From Octopus sinensis (lineage: Eukaryota): a stretch of DNA of 64,000 nt. The notes under the pieces were generated by a model. That model was not told the DNA's origin. It searched no databases and was given only the letters and a program-made list of their open reading frames with translations. The stretch is from NCBI RefSeq assembly GCF_006345805.1, contig NC_043025.1, positions 434,001 to 498,000 on the forward strand. The letters run 5' to 3'. Shown here piece after piece: positions 12,346 through 24,500 of this stretch; within the stretch, counting starts at the first letter, position 1, and every line of letters begins with the position of its first letter. Made by a program: the position numbers and the translations under genes.

Positions 12346-13178
12346 CCTTGAACAGATGCTTCACTAAATGTCATATAGACGCTTGAGTAAATATATCTTT
12401 GCGAAGTCTTTGTTAATTTTTTTAATAATAATTATTTAAAAAATTATTGAAAAAAAAAGAAAAGAAAAAGATACGTGTTCATTTTCTGTCCAGTGTTTAC
12501 TTGAGTTAAATTACACTGGGCTAAAAGGAAAGAAAAATTGTCATGCTATTTAAACATTTTGAGCTGATTTAGAGTAACTTGAGGGTGCCGAATCCCAATG
12601 TGACATCAGTTTTCAGACAGCACGTGTAGAATTTTTACTTATTCAAAGCATCAGATTTTCCAACCAATTGATAATATTGACAAAGTAGTAGGCTATTTGC
12701 TTTCGATTTTCATTCATAAACTCATCACTGAAAGACAATTAAGTGCTATCAGAAGAAAATGTAGGATACCTGTTATATTGCTACAAAAGATGAGAATTTA
12801 TTTTACTTCATTATCGCTGTAATTATAGTAAAGTTCTCCTAACGGTAGGCTATTGATATTAGGTTATAGTAAACCACACACACTCACTTTTCTTGATAAC
12901 TGCTGTTAAAACAAAGGACATCAAATAAGGGAGCCAGGTTATATGAAAAGTAGTTTAGTTATTTATTAAAGTGATCAATGTTTGAAATTTAGAGATGGAA
13001 AAAACTGTTTCATGATAGCCAGAGTTTCAGTACATTCTATAATAATTTCATTGATTTTTTTTTTCGAGAGAAATATATTTTGATGATTTACTGTAACATT
13101 TACCGTTGATTAGTTTTATATTTTAGTTAACTGATAGGCTTCTTTGAGTGTTGATTTAGGTTATTACTGTATGTACTT

Positions 13179-14533
13179 ATGATGAGCAGAAACGTTTGTG
13201 TTAATCACCCGAACAGCTTTTGTTAAGTGTGTGGAAAATTTGCACCAAAAGATCATAGAAATATGCTTACAAAGAAATTTTTAAATGCTTACAAGTTTTG
13301 CTTTGGGTGCAAAATTGGTATCAAGGTAAACTGTAGGGGCCTCATGTTTATTACAAAATCTGCTCTATAGCACTAACCCAATGGCTGAATGGTAAATGGA
13401 AAAGTATGCTATTTGCATTACCAATGATATGGCGCGAACCAACAAACCACTATACCGATTGTTATTTCTGCTTAACTAACATCACAGGTTTCTCAAAGAA
13501 GACCAAATCCAAGATTATTTATCCAGATTGCCCTTCGGCTTTAATATCAGTTGCTCATAGTGCTGAAAATATTCCAATTCCAGAACCTCTTTCATCTTTT
13601 GACAAAGATAGTTTAAGTGAAGAAAGTACTGCATCTACTTCAATTGAAGTCGTGCCTAGTAATGCAGCAGATCCCTGTGATGAACCAGGATCTTCAAAAA
13701 TGTTCCTTATTTATTAAGTCAACTTGAGTTAAATGATTTAGTTAGAAACTTGGGTTTAACAAAAGAAAAGTCAAAACTACTTGGCTCCAGGTTGAAATAA
13801 TGGGATCTTTAACACGATGATGTATAATGCTCGTATTTTCGAAAACTGCATACAGAATTACATGGATTTTTTACGGAGAAAGACGGTATTTGTTTTTGTT
13901 TTGATGTTGGACTCCTGCGTGAGATGGGGTACAGCCATAATCCTGAAGAATGGAGACTCTTCATAGATTCCAGAAAAGCAAGCCTAAAAGCAGTTTTGCT
14001 GCATAATAGCAATCAAAAACTTTCAATACCACTAGCACATGCTGTAGGATTAAAGGAAACTTATGAATTTTGCACTTGATTAAGCATTCTGAATACAAGT
14101 GGAAAATATGCGGAGACTCGAAAGTTATTGGTTTGCTTCTTGGGTTGCAAATGGAGTATACAAAGCATCAGTGTTTTTTGTGCTTTTGGACCAGCAGAGA
14201 TGACAAGCATCACTATGATCAAAAAGAGTGGCCAAAAGAAGTGATTTCACTCCAGGGAAATACAACGTTAAATATATCTCTTTAGTTGACTCGCAGAAAA
14301 TTTATCTTCCCCTTTACACATTAAAGTTGGCTTATTTAAGAATTTTGTTAAGGCCATAAATGAAGACGGTGTAGGATTCAAATATCTCAAGGAAAAATTT
14401 GTTTCTAGTAAGAGTGAAGCTAAGATCAAAGCTAGTGTTTTTAATGGACCAGAAATTTGCGCACTAATCTGTGATGAGCTTTTTCAAGAAAAATTAAACC
14501 CAGTAAAGAAAGCTGCTTGGGAAAATTTTGTTT
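13179..14533 (+). pseudogene. Chapaev3 transposase, N-terminal and central part
   Basis: MMSRNVCVNHPNSFC*VCG, MLFALPMIWREPTNHYTDCYFC, EWRLFIDSRKASLKAVLLHN, WKICGDSKVIGLLLGLQ..YTKHQCFLCFW, LHIKxGL.KNFVKA and AAWENFV, with stops and frameshifts. Confidence 0.9.
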
Positions 14534-14554
14534 CTCTTCGCTCTTTTAAAAAAA

Positions 14555-14943
14555 TTTTCTCTTTTACTTGATTCAGTCATTTGACTGCGGCCATGCTGGA
14601 GGACCGCCTTTAGTCGAGCAAATCGACCCCAGGACTTATTCTTTGTACGCCTAGTACTTATTCTATCGGTCTTTTGCCGAACCGCTAAGTTACGGGGACG
14701 TAAACACACCAGCATCGGTTGTCAAGCGAGATTGGGGGGACAAACACAGACACGCAAACATATACACACACACAAATACACACATATATATATACATATA
14801 TACGACGTGCTTTCTTTCAGTTTCCGTCTACCAAATCCACTCACAAGGCTTTGTTCGGCCCGAGGCTATACTAGAAGACACTTGCCCAAGGTGTCATGCG
14901 GTGGGACTGAATCCGGAACCATGTGTTTGGTAAGCAAGCTACT
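14555..14943 (-). mobile_element. tRNA-derived SINE (octopus OK/OR type), body and 3' part
   Basis: Same family as the uninterrupted copy at 58612-59025. It breaks off at GGTAAGCAAGCTACT. Confidence 0.92.
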
Positions 14944-17240
14944 TTATTTCAAAAATTTGCCATAAAGGCATGATATAGAGTAGCTTGCGGGTTGGACAAA
15001 GACATTGATGAGGGGAATAATGAAAAGGATGATATTAATAGAAGACAAAAAACGTCCGCCTGTTTTTACTTCTCTAAAACATAATTCTCTTCGTTTTTTT
15101 TTAACAGAAAAAGACAAAACGAGGTAATGAACCTCTTACTTCAGTTTTACAATTTTTGGACTAATAAGTTCATTTAAGAATTGGGGCGTTAAGCCTCTTA
15201 AACACAATAACATGCAATAATCATTAAACATTATACAATAAACATTATAACACTGAGTCTTTTCAACCACATGTCTCTATTCCTCACCAACATCGCTTGT
15301 GTCCGTATACTCCGCCATCCCCCACGCCTCATTGAAGACCAAGGCGGGATCCGCCCGGCCACAAGCGATAATTTCTCATTGAGTCCCTGCAGCCTCTACG
15401 TCATGGGCAACGTTATGACCTCCACAGCTATCTACGGAGGGCATTCGGGATCCTGTGTGAAGGTTAAAGCTACTCCCTTATGGTACTTTTCCAACACCTC
15501 TTCAACCTCTCCTCCTCTGCAGAAGAAGACCAATAGTTCCTCTTCCTCTGGGTTCGAGGTAGTCAATTCTACCGCTGGGGGCACAATTCCTCCCAACGGC
15601 GTCTCTTACCCTGCCGGAGGCACAACCCCTACCGGCAAGGTTCCGGGACATTCCGGTTCTATGTCACCGACTGCCGGCAATGTCCCATTTCTCTTCCTCT
15701 TTTTTCCTCTCAACTGAGGGAGGGCGCGTCTCCTCCGTGACCGGGAGATTCGCCTCGCCTCCCTCATCTCTAGGATCCTTCGTTGAGCACCCATTGTTGC
15801 TCACCTTCTTCCTCTAGCGGCCCTTCTTTGAGGAGTCCTCCGTCTCCTCGGCTGTCTTCGTTCCTTCTTCTACAGAGGCCTCAATCAACTGCTCCAGGAC
15901 TTTGCTTTATTCCTGAGAACAGTTTTTCTTTATATGGCCTGGCTCCAGGCACCGATGACACCTGGGGAGGGGGCGACCCCAAGAATCACCGGGTACCTGC
16001 ATCCGGCCATTTAAAAAAAATCTGGCATAACCAGCTTCATGGCTGATTGGGCTCACAGGGTCAAAACAGCTTTTGACCCAACCCAATCATCCACAGGAAG
16101 AATTTTCACATTGAGAAGCCTGGCTCCGCTTCCACCCAGACCCCGACGGATAGTATCCTCTATCCACTGAGGTTCAATTCCGGGTGGCAAACCACAAACC
16201 CAAGCCTTCGTCAATTTTTTCCCAGAATAAGTGGGAAGAAACAACATTTCTTTACCCTCAAAGGGCTGGCTCGCAAAACTGCGAGCTTCCTCTGGAGTGT
16301 CAACCCCTAGAGATATACTTAATGGTTGGCAGATGTTCCGCCAACTCCTGCTCATTCATCCGCTTGGAGATGACGGCAATGTTGTCGAGAACCTTCGAAT
16401 ACGTTCTCAACACCACCGTTCTTCCCTCTTGCTGTCTGAACCACTCCTTAGGTGGGACAATCTCCCACTCTACAATCTTATCCGTATTTTTGCTATGTTT
16501 TAAATTAAAAAGTAAAATGTCCAAAACAAAAGACAATAGTTCACAAATTTCAAAAAGAAAAGTGAGAGATCAAAAGAAAACAAAAGGGAAGAAGAGAAAA
16601 AGCAAACAGTTCAATAAGAAAGTCACAATAGAAGAAGAAAACAATAGTTCAACAAAATACAGCAAAAAATCTCCTGGGCGTTCAGGTACTCCAAGCCCTA
16701 TGGTACTCCAATTAGAACCTGGACTGCTTCACTTGAAATACAGCTTTCCAATTATTAGTAAACGTAGTTGTAAAAATGCACACTATTCACAAACAGCGAA
16801 CAACTTTTGGTGGCAGGATACGCCACCAAACTATACTTCTCACAATGAGAAAACATTTTCACCTAATACGAACACTTGAAATACAGCTTTCCAATAAATG
16901 GTAAATGTTGTTGTAAAAACATGCACTATTAAAAAGTGAACAACTTTTGGTTGAATGATACGCCCCCAAACTGTACTTCTCACGCGAAAAAAAATTTCAC
17001 TTAATGTGAACAATATTGCTGAACCGCAAGCAGACCAACATCTAGAATCCACTGAGGACTCCTTGTTTGTAAAAAATATAACCACAGACAACAAACCCTA
17101 CTGGACTCAAGAGACAAAAGTCTTACCTTGCAGGAGCTTCTTTTTGGCAGGTTAAACACTGCCGACTGTCTTTTTCAGTGCACATCACAATGACCCATGC
17201 GTACACTGACAACAAAGACTTATGGGAAGTCTCAAAGACT
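14944..17240 (-). mobile_element. ORF1-only non-LTR retroelement, copy A (Tx1/L1-like gag, decayed)
   Basis: Frameshifted ORF at about 16497-15280 with AWVCGLPPGIEPQWI and CCHC knuckle CHRCLEPGHIKKNC (15919-15960). No EN/RT. Ends GAAATA and is flanked by duplicated SINE target. Confidence 0.8.
16730..17011. repeat. Two diverged tandem copies of a roughly 143-bp unit in the 5' UTR of copy A
   Basis: CACTTGAAATACAGCTTTCCAAT... starts at both 16730 and 16873. Confidence 0.9.
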
Positions 17241-17263
17241 CATGGGTTGGTAAGCAAGCTACT

Positions 17264-19436
17264 TTATTTCATTATGGTTTGCCATAAAGGCATTACAAAG
17301 AGAGGCTTGCGGGCTGGACACATACATTGATAAGGTGAATGATGAAACAAGGATGATATTGATGGGAGAAGACAAAAAACGTCCGCCGATTTTCTGCTTC
17401 TCTAAAACATCATTCTTCTTTTTTTCCAACTGAAAAAAACAAAACAAAATGCGGTATTGAACCTCTCACGGCAGTTTTTTACAATTATTGGACTTAATAG
17501 TCCATTACAAATAATAACATGCAATAACATACAATAAAATATTCAATATACAATCAACACTAGTCCATTTACAAATGAGGCGCTGAGCCTCTTGCACTTT
17601 ATAATACTGAGGCTTTTCAACCTCTTGTCAATTTTCCACCTCATCATCGCTTGTGTCCATGTACTCCACCATCACCCATGCTTGCTTTAAAATCAAGGTG
17701 GGCTCCGAGTTGGCGTCACCCGGCCACGAGCGATATTTCTCTTTTAGTCCCTCCAGCCTATGTAACACGCGCAACGTTATCACTTCCACAGCTATCTGCG
17801 GAGGCCATTCGGGATTCCGTGTGAAGGCCAAAGGTACTCCCTCGTAGTATTCTGCCACCACCTTTTTCACCTCTCCACCTCTATAAAAGAAGACCAACTG
17901 TTCTTCGTCCTCCGGGTCCGAGGGGGTCAATTCTACCGTTGGCGGCACAATTTCCGCTCCGCCGGTGAACAACCGATGAGGCTCGGGGACACTCCGGCGC
18001 CTTGTTTCCGACTGCCGGCAATGTCCCGTTTCTCCTCCTCTTCCTCTTTTTTCTTCTCGACTGGGGGAGGGTGCGTCTCTTCCGTGACCGAGAGATTCGC
18101 CGCCCCTCCCTCATCCTCAGGATCCTTCGGTGAGCACCCATTATTGCTCACCTTCTCCCTTTTGCGGCTCTTCTTTGAGGAGTCCTTCGTCTCCTCGACC
18201 GCCTTCATTCCCTCCTCTGCAGAGGTCTCCATCAACCGCTCCAGGACTTTGCTTTGCCCTTGAGGAGAGTTCTTATTTATATGGCCAGGCTCCAGGTACA
18301 GATGACAATTGGCGGGGGGGGCGACCCTGAAGCATTACCGGATACCTAGACCCGGCCATTCTCAAAAAGTCTCGAAATACCAGACTTTCGGCTGACTGGG
18401 TCCATAGGGTCAAAACAATTTTTGACTCCCCCGAGTAAGCCGCAGGCAGAATATTTACGTTGAGGAGCTTGGTGCTACTGCCACCCAGACCCCGGCGGAT
18501 AGCATCTCCTATCCCTTCGTGCTCAACTCCGGGTGGCAAGCCGCATACCCAAGTTCTCGTCAACTTCTTCCCACAATAAGTAGGAAGAAACAAAAATTCA
18601 TTGCCCTCCAGGGCTGGCTCGCAAATTCACAAGCCACTTCTGGGGATTCAAACAGCAACCACATGGTTGCGTATTTGACCCCCGAGAGATAAACTTAATC
18701 GCTGGCTTAAATTCTGCCAGCTCTCTTTCGATTATATCCTTTATGAAAACGGCAATGGCGTCGAGGGTCCTAGAGTAGGTCCTCAAAACCACCGTCTTAC
18801 TTTCAAGTTCTTTTAACCATCTTTTGGGTGGCGTAATTTCTCACTCCACCAACTTTCAATTGTTATTTGCCATGTTTTTTTAAAAATTCCAAAAAAACAG
18901 TTTTAAAATACAAAATAATTAAGAAAAAGGAAGGAAGAGAAAAAAGTTCAAACAAAAAGGAAGGAGAAAAAATAACAGCTCAATAAAGAGTTTTTTTTTA
19001 ATAAAAGATAGATGAAGAGAGAGCAACAGTTCAAAATACAGCAAAGGCCACTCGGCACTGCAGGCCAAAATTTTAACGCAAATGTTAAACAGTTAAAAAA
19101 ATCATTCCAATTTGACAGGAACAATATTGTTGAAATTTTTCTAAAAATTCCCACGGAGTTATTCCTGGACAAATACTATTTTTAAGCGCCCACCAAAACA
19201 AAAATTTTCACAATTAAGTGAAAAAAAAAAATTCACTCAGGCCCAGGTAGACTAGAATCCAGTGACGATTTCTTGTGTGTAAAAAATAGTTGCGGCAAAC
19301 AACAGGTCCTCACTGGACACAAAAAATCTTACCTAACAGCTGAGTTTCAAAAATCTTCCATTTAAGACAGCTTCAAAAACACATCTTACAGCTTCAGTAT
19401 CAAACACAACTCTGATTCGCACATGCGCAATGAAGA
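17264..19436 (-). mobile_element. ORF1-only non-LTR retroelement, copy B (diverged relative of A)
   Basis: ORF from ATG 18873 to stop 17628 with frameshifts. It has TWVCGLPPGVEHEGI, a degenerate knuckle CHLYLEPGHINKNS and the same 3' UTR architecture ending GAAATA. Confidence 0.8.
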
Positions 19437-19465
19437 AAGCAAGCTACTTACCACACCGCCACTCC
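19437..19465 (-). mobile_element. Displaced 5' head of the SINE at 14555-14943
   Basis: AAGCAAGCTACTTACCACACCGCCACTCC matches 58994-59021 of the intact SINE copy. Confidence 0.9.
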
Positions 19466-19691
19466 ATCTAACATACGTTGCAATTGTGAATGATTTTTCG
19501 AAAGCTTATGAGCAACTTGGGAATGTCTCTAAAAGTTCATTTCGTGCACTGTCATCTTGACTTTCTTTCCTCCCAGTATGAGTGATGTAAGCGATGAGCG
19601 GGGTGAACGATTTCATCACAAAATCAAAGAGCTAGAAAGGCGCTACAGTGGCAGACTTACAGCAAACATGCTGACGGACTACTACTGGTTT
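19466..19691 (+). pseudogene. Chapaev3 transposase C-terminal part, running in frame into the satellite
   Basis: VAIVNDFSKAYEQLG..MSLKVHFVHCHLDF..FPPSMSDVSDERGERFHHKIKELERRYSGRLTANMLTDYYW matches the family motif MSLKxHFLHSHLDFFP..VSDEHGERFHQDI..ME.RYQG....MLADYCW. Confidence 0.92.
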
Positions 19692-19842
19692 AAAGAACTA
19701 GAAAGGCGCTACAGTGGCAGGCTTACAGCAAACATGCTGACGGACTACTGCTGGTTTAAAGAACTAGAAAGGCGCTACAGTGGCAGATTTACAGCAAACA
19801 TGCTGACGGACTACTGCTGGTTTAAAGAACTAGAAAGGCGCT

Positions 19843-21509
19843 CGTAAAATTCGGTAAAAAAAGATCAAAAAGAATTGTTGTTGTTGTTGTGGTAATTTTG
19901 AACGGCGTTAAAGCGGTTTCGCGTTCCACTGGTTCTGCGCGTAACACTTTTTCTGTTTTGACGGCCGTTTTGGCCTGTCAGGCGGGAGGAGATGGATGAC
20001 CACTCCCTAGTGGAGGAGTCGGAGGAAGAATGGATATTTGAGAGCTTGTCGGAGACATCGAACTCTGAAGACGAGCAAATCGGTGATGTAAATAATGTGG
20101 AGACAAAAAACAGGAAAACGTACGCAGGAGTTGCAAAAAAGAAGACGGAACAGGAAAAAGAAATAAACCTAGAAAAATTGCCAGGTTTCCAGAGGTATAT
20201 GAGGAAGGACAGCGGCGAGGTGGAACTGGAACCACCACCAAAGAGAAAGGAATGGTACAATAAGAGGACCATAATTTACAGGGTGTTCGTGAACGAAAGA
20301 AAGAAAATAGAGATCGTAAACATGGAATGGATAGAGGAGGCCCTGAGAAGATCGGAGGAGGAAATCATTTTTCTGACTCGAGGATCGAAGTACGGTACTG
20401 TAGTGGTGCATTTTAAAAGTGAGACTGCAGCGAGGAGGATGGCGGTGAAGGCGGTGAAGTCAGAAAGGGTAACACTTTTACCTATGTACTTGAATAGAAG
20501 GATCACACGAGTAAGGGTGGAGGGAGTGCCACCAAACGTGGAGGCTGAGTGGATTGTGCGGCTGTGATCAGCGGCCACGAGGAGAAGTAGATATTCTCCA
20601 TGCCTCGGTCAAGACCGAGGGCTGGAGAGGCGTAATAGTGGAGCTGAACGTGCAGGCGGAGAGCGAGGTACTGGTGGACCTGGCGGAGAGCATTAAATTG
20701 GGAGACGTGATTATGAGAGTGTGGGTGGAGGGCAGAGCTCCACGTTGTTACAAGTGTGGCCTGAGGGGCCACATAAGAGCCTTCTGCCCTCCCCCACCAA
20801 GAGAAAAGGAAATCGTTGAGGAAACTCCAAAAGAGGAGGCCCCAAAAGAAGAAGAAATTAAAGAGAAGCAGACGGAAAGGGAAATGACAGAGGAGGAGGA
20901 CATGCAAAAAGAGTGTGAGGAGGGCAGAAAGAAGAGAAAAGGAAAGAAAAGGAAAAACTGTGCGAAGCCCCAACCCAGCCCAATACCACCCACACCCTTG
21001 GAGACCCATCCTGCCCCCGCAAACAGCAATCCCACCCACTCCCCGCCTACAAGAAAAACGAAAACAGACACACAGAACATACAAAAGCCCCAGTCCTACT
21101 TTTTATGTGTTGTAGGGAAGGGGGATACTGAGAACGCAAGAAGGCTTTTTGAAGACGATGTATGGCAGGAGTATGAGGACGGAAGCTATGCGGTATTCGA
21201 TTTTGAACTCATGGGCTCTTTGATGAGCAAGTGCAATGAACTACGTATAAATTGTTTATCAGCATATATGAAGGATGATATGATAGAGAGATATGAGAGA
21301 GAAATGAAAGGTGAGGTGAAAAACTTTGGAATCGTGATAGGAAACGGAAAGGTAAGTGATGCTGGCGGAGGGGGCCGTTAGCATCGCTTTCATGTTATCA
21401 TTTTTTCATTTTAACATTCATTTAATCATAATTTTAATCGCATTGTTTTATGTCCCCCATGTTTTGTAATGTTCCCTCTTCGTGGCCCCTAGTGGGTAAT
21501 AAAGAAATA
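19843..21509 (+). mobile_element. ORF1-only non-LTR retroelement, copy C, inserted in the satellite
   Basis: Sharp boundaries inside the repeat. Ends ...GCCCCTAGTGGGTAATAAAGAAATA. Flanked by an apparent 35-bp duplication (19808-19842 and 21510-21544). Confidence 0.88.
19992..21381 (+). pseudogene. Tx1/L1-like ORF1 (gag-like, CCHC zinc knuckle), one frameshift near 20560
   Basis: TYAGVAK, RVRVEGVPPNVEAEWI and VWVEGRAPRCYKCGLRGHIRAFCP motifs. About 460 aa if the frameshift is repaired. Confidence 0.82.
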
Positions 21510-24500
21510 GGACTACTGCTGGTTTAAAGAACTAGAAAGGCGCTATAGTGGCAGACTTACAGCAAACATGCTGACAGACTACTGCTGGTTTAAAGAACTA
21601 GAAAGGCGCTACAGTGGTAGGCTTACAGCAAACATGCTGACGGACTACTGCTGGTTTAAAGAGCTAGAAAGGCGCTACAGTGGCAGGCTTACAGCAAACA
21701 TGCTGACGGACTACTGCTGGTTTAAAGAGCTAGAAAGACGCTACAGTGGCAGGCTTACAGCAAACATGCTGACGGACTACTGCTGGTTTAAAGAACTAGA
21801 AAGGCGCTATAGTGGCAGATTACAGCAAACATGCTGACGGACTACTGCTGGTTTAAAGAAAGTAGAAAGGCGCTACAATGGCAGGCTTACAGCAAACATG
21901 CTGACGGACTACTGCTGGTTTAAAGAACTAGAAAGGCGCTACAGTGGCAGGCTTACAGCAAACATGCTGCCGGACTACTGCTGGTTTAAAGAACTAGAAA
22001 GGCGCCACAGTGGCAGATTTACAGCAAACATGCTGACGGACTACTGCTGGTTTAAAGAACTAGAAAGGCGCGACTGTGGCAGGCTTACAGCAAACATGCT
22101 GACGAACTACTGCTGGTTTAAAGACCTAGAAAGGCGCTACAGTGGCAGGCTTACAGCAAACATGCTGACGGACTACTGCTGGTTTAAAGAAAGTAGAAAG
22201 GCGCTACAGTGGTAGGCTTACAGCAAACATGCTGACGGACTACTGCTGGTTTAAAGAGCTAGAAAGGCGCTACAGTGGCAGGCTTACAGCAAACATGCTG
22301 ACGAACTACTGCTGGTTTAAAGAGCTAGAAAGGCGCTACAGTGGCAGGCTTACAGCAAACATGCTGACGGACTACTGCTGGTTTAAAGAACTAGAAAGGC
22401 GCTATAGTGGCAGATTACAGCAAACATGCTGACGGACTACTGCTGGTTTAAAGAAAGTAGAAAGGCGCTACAATGGCAGGCTTACAGCAAACATGCTGAC
22501 GGACTACTGCTGGTTTAAAGAACTAGAAAGGCGCTACAGTGGAAGGCTTACAGCAAACATGCTGACGGACTACTGCTGGTTTAATGAGCTAGAAAGGCGC
22601 TACATTGGCAGGCTTACAGCAAACATGCTGACGGACTACTGCTTGTTTAAAGAACTAGAAAGGCGCGACAGTGGCAGACTTACAGCAAACATGCTGACGG
22701 ACTACTGCTGGTTCAAAGAACTAGAAAGGCGCTACAGTGGCAGACTTACAGCAAACATGCTGACGGACTACTGCTGGTTTAAAGAACTAGAAAGGCGCGA
22801 CAGTGGCAGGCTTACAGCAAACATGCTGACGGACTACTGCTGGTTTAAAGAACTAGAAAGGAGCTACAGTGGCAGACTTACAGCAAACATGCTGACGGAC
22901 TACTGCTGGTTTAAAGAACTAGAACGGCGCTACAGTGGCAGACTTACAGCAAACATGCTGACGGACTACTGCTGGTTTAAAGAACTAGAAAGGCGCGACA
23001 GTGGCAGGCTTACAGCAAACATGCTGACGAACTACTGCTGGTTTAAAGAACTAAAAAGGCGCTACAGTGGCAGGCTTACAGCAAACATGCTGACGGACTA
23101 CTGCTGGTTTAAAGAAAGTAGGAAGGCGCGACAGTGACAGATTAACAGCAAACATGCTGACGGACTACTGCTGGTTTAAAGAACTAGAATGGCACTACAG
23201 TGGCAGGCGTACAGCAAACATGCTGACGGACTACTGCTGGTTTAAAGAACTAGAAAGGAGCTACAGTGGCAGGCTTACAGCAAACATGCTGACGGACTAC
23301 TGCTGGTTTAAAGAACTAGAAAGGCGCTACAGTGGCAGGCTTACAGCAAACATGCTGACGGACTACTGCTGGTATAAAGAACTCGAAAGGCGCTACAGTG
23401 GCAGACTTACAGAAAACATGCTGACGGACTACTGCTGGTTTAAAGAACTAGAAAGGCGCTACAGTGGCAGACTTACAGAAAACATGCTGACGGACTACTG
23501 CTGGTTTAAAGAACTTGAAAGGCGCTACAGTGGCAGGCTTACAGCAAACATGCTGACGGACTACTGCTGGTTTAAAGAACTAGAAAGGCGCTACAGTTGC
23601 AGACTTACAGAAAACATGCTGACGGACTACTGCTGGTTTAAAGAACTAGAAAGGCGCCACAGTGGCAGACTTACAGAAAACATGCTGACGGACTACTGCT
23701 GGTTTAAAGAACTAGAAAGGCGCTACAGTGGCAGACTTACAGAAAACATGCTGACGGACTACTGCTGGTTTAAAGAACTAGAAAGGCGCTACAGTGGCAG
23801 ACTTACAGAAAACATGCTGACGGACTACTGCTGGTTTAAAGAACTTGAAAGGCGCTACAGTGGCAGACTTACAGAAAACATGCTGACGGACTACTGCTGG
23901 TTTAAAGAACTTGAAAGGCGCTACAGTGGCAGACTTACAGCAAACATGCTGACGGACTACTGCTGGTTTAAAGAACTAGAAAGGCGCTACAGTGGCAGAC
24001 TTACAGAAAACATGCTGACGGACTACTGCTGGTTTAAAGAACTTGAAAGGCGCTACAGTGGCAGACTTACAGCAAACATGCTGACGGACTACTGCTGGTT
24101 TAAAGAACTTGAAAGGCGCAACAGTGGCAGACTTACAGAAAACATGCTGACGGACTACTGCTGGTTTAAAGAACTTGAAAGGCGCTACAGTGGCAGACTT
24201 ACAGCAAACATGCTGACGGACTACTGCTGGTTTAAAGAACTAGAAGGGCGCTACAGTGGCAGGCTTCCAGCAAACATGCTGACGAACTACTGCTCGTTTA
24301 AAGAACTAGAAAGGCTCCACAGTGGCAGGCTTACAGCAAACATGCTGAGGGACTACTGCTGGTGTAAAGAACTAGAAACGCGCTACAGTGGAAGGCTTTC
24401 AGCAAACATGCTGATGGACAACTGCTGGTTTCAAGAACTAGAAAGGCGCTACAGTGGCAGATATACATCAAACATGCTGACGGACTACTGCTGGTTTAAA

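Larger units (their letters stand above)
12514..19691 (+). mobile_element. Chapaev3 (CMC superfamily) DNA transposon, interrupted, 3' end missing
   Basis: Terminus TTA|CACTGGG fits the Chapaev3 CACTG end with a TWA target. The transposase follows. No matching 3' terminus was found after the satellite. Confidence 0.8.

Noticed and set aside
12482-12495. TTTTCTGTCCAGTG just upstream as the partner TIR of CACTGGGCTAAAAG
   Set aside because: Only 6 bp match perfectly and it lies outside the element on the wrong side.
16184-16879. 231-aa and other antisense ORFs over elements A, B and C
   Set aside because: Shadow frames of the gag-like ORFs and low-complexity UTR, with no motifs.
21805-21870. 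A -1 unit followed by a +1 unit (GAAAGTAGAA) restoring frame, also near 22410 and 26370
   Set aside because: The shifted segment contains a TGA stop (QQTC*), so this is not compensation for coding.
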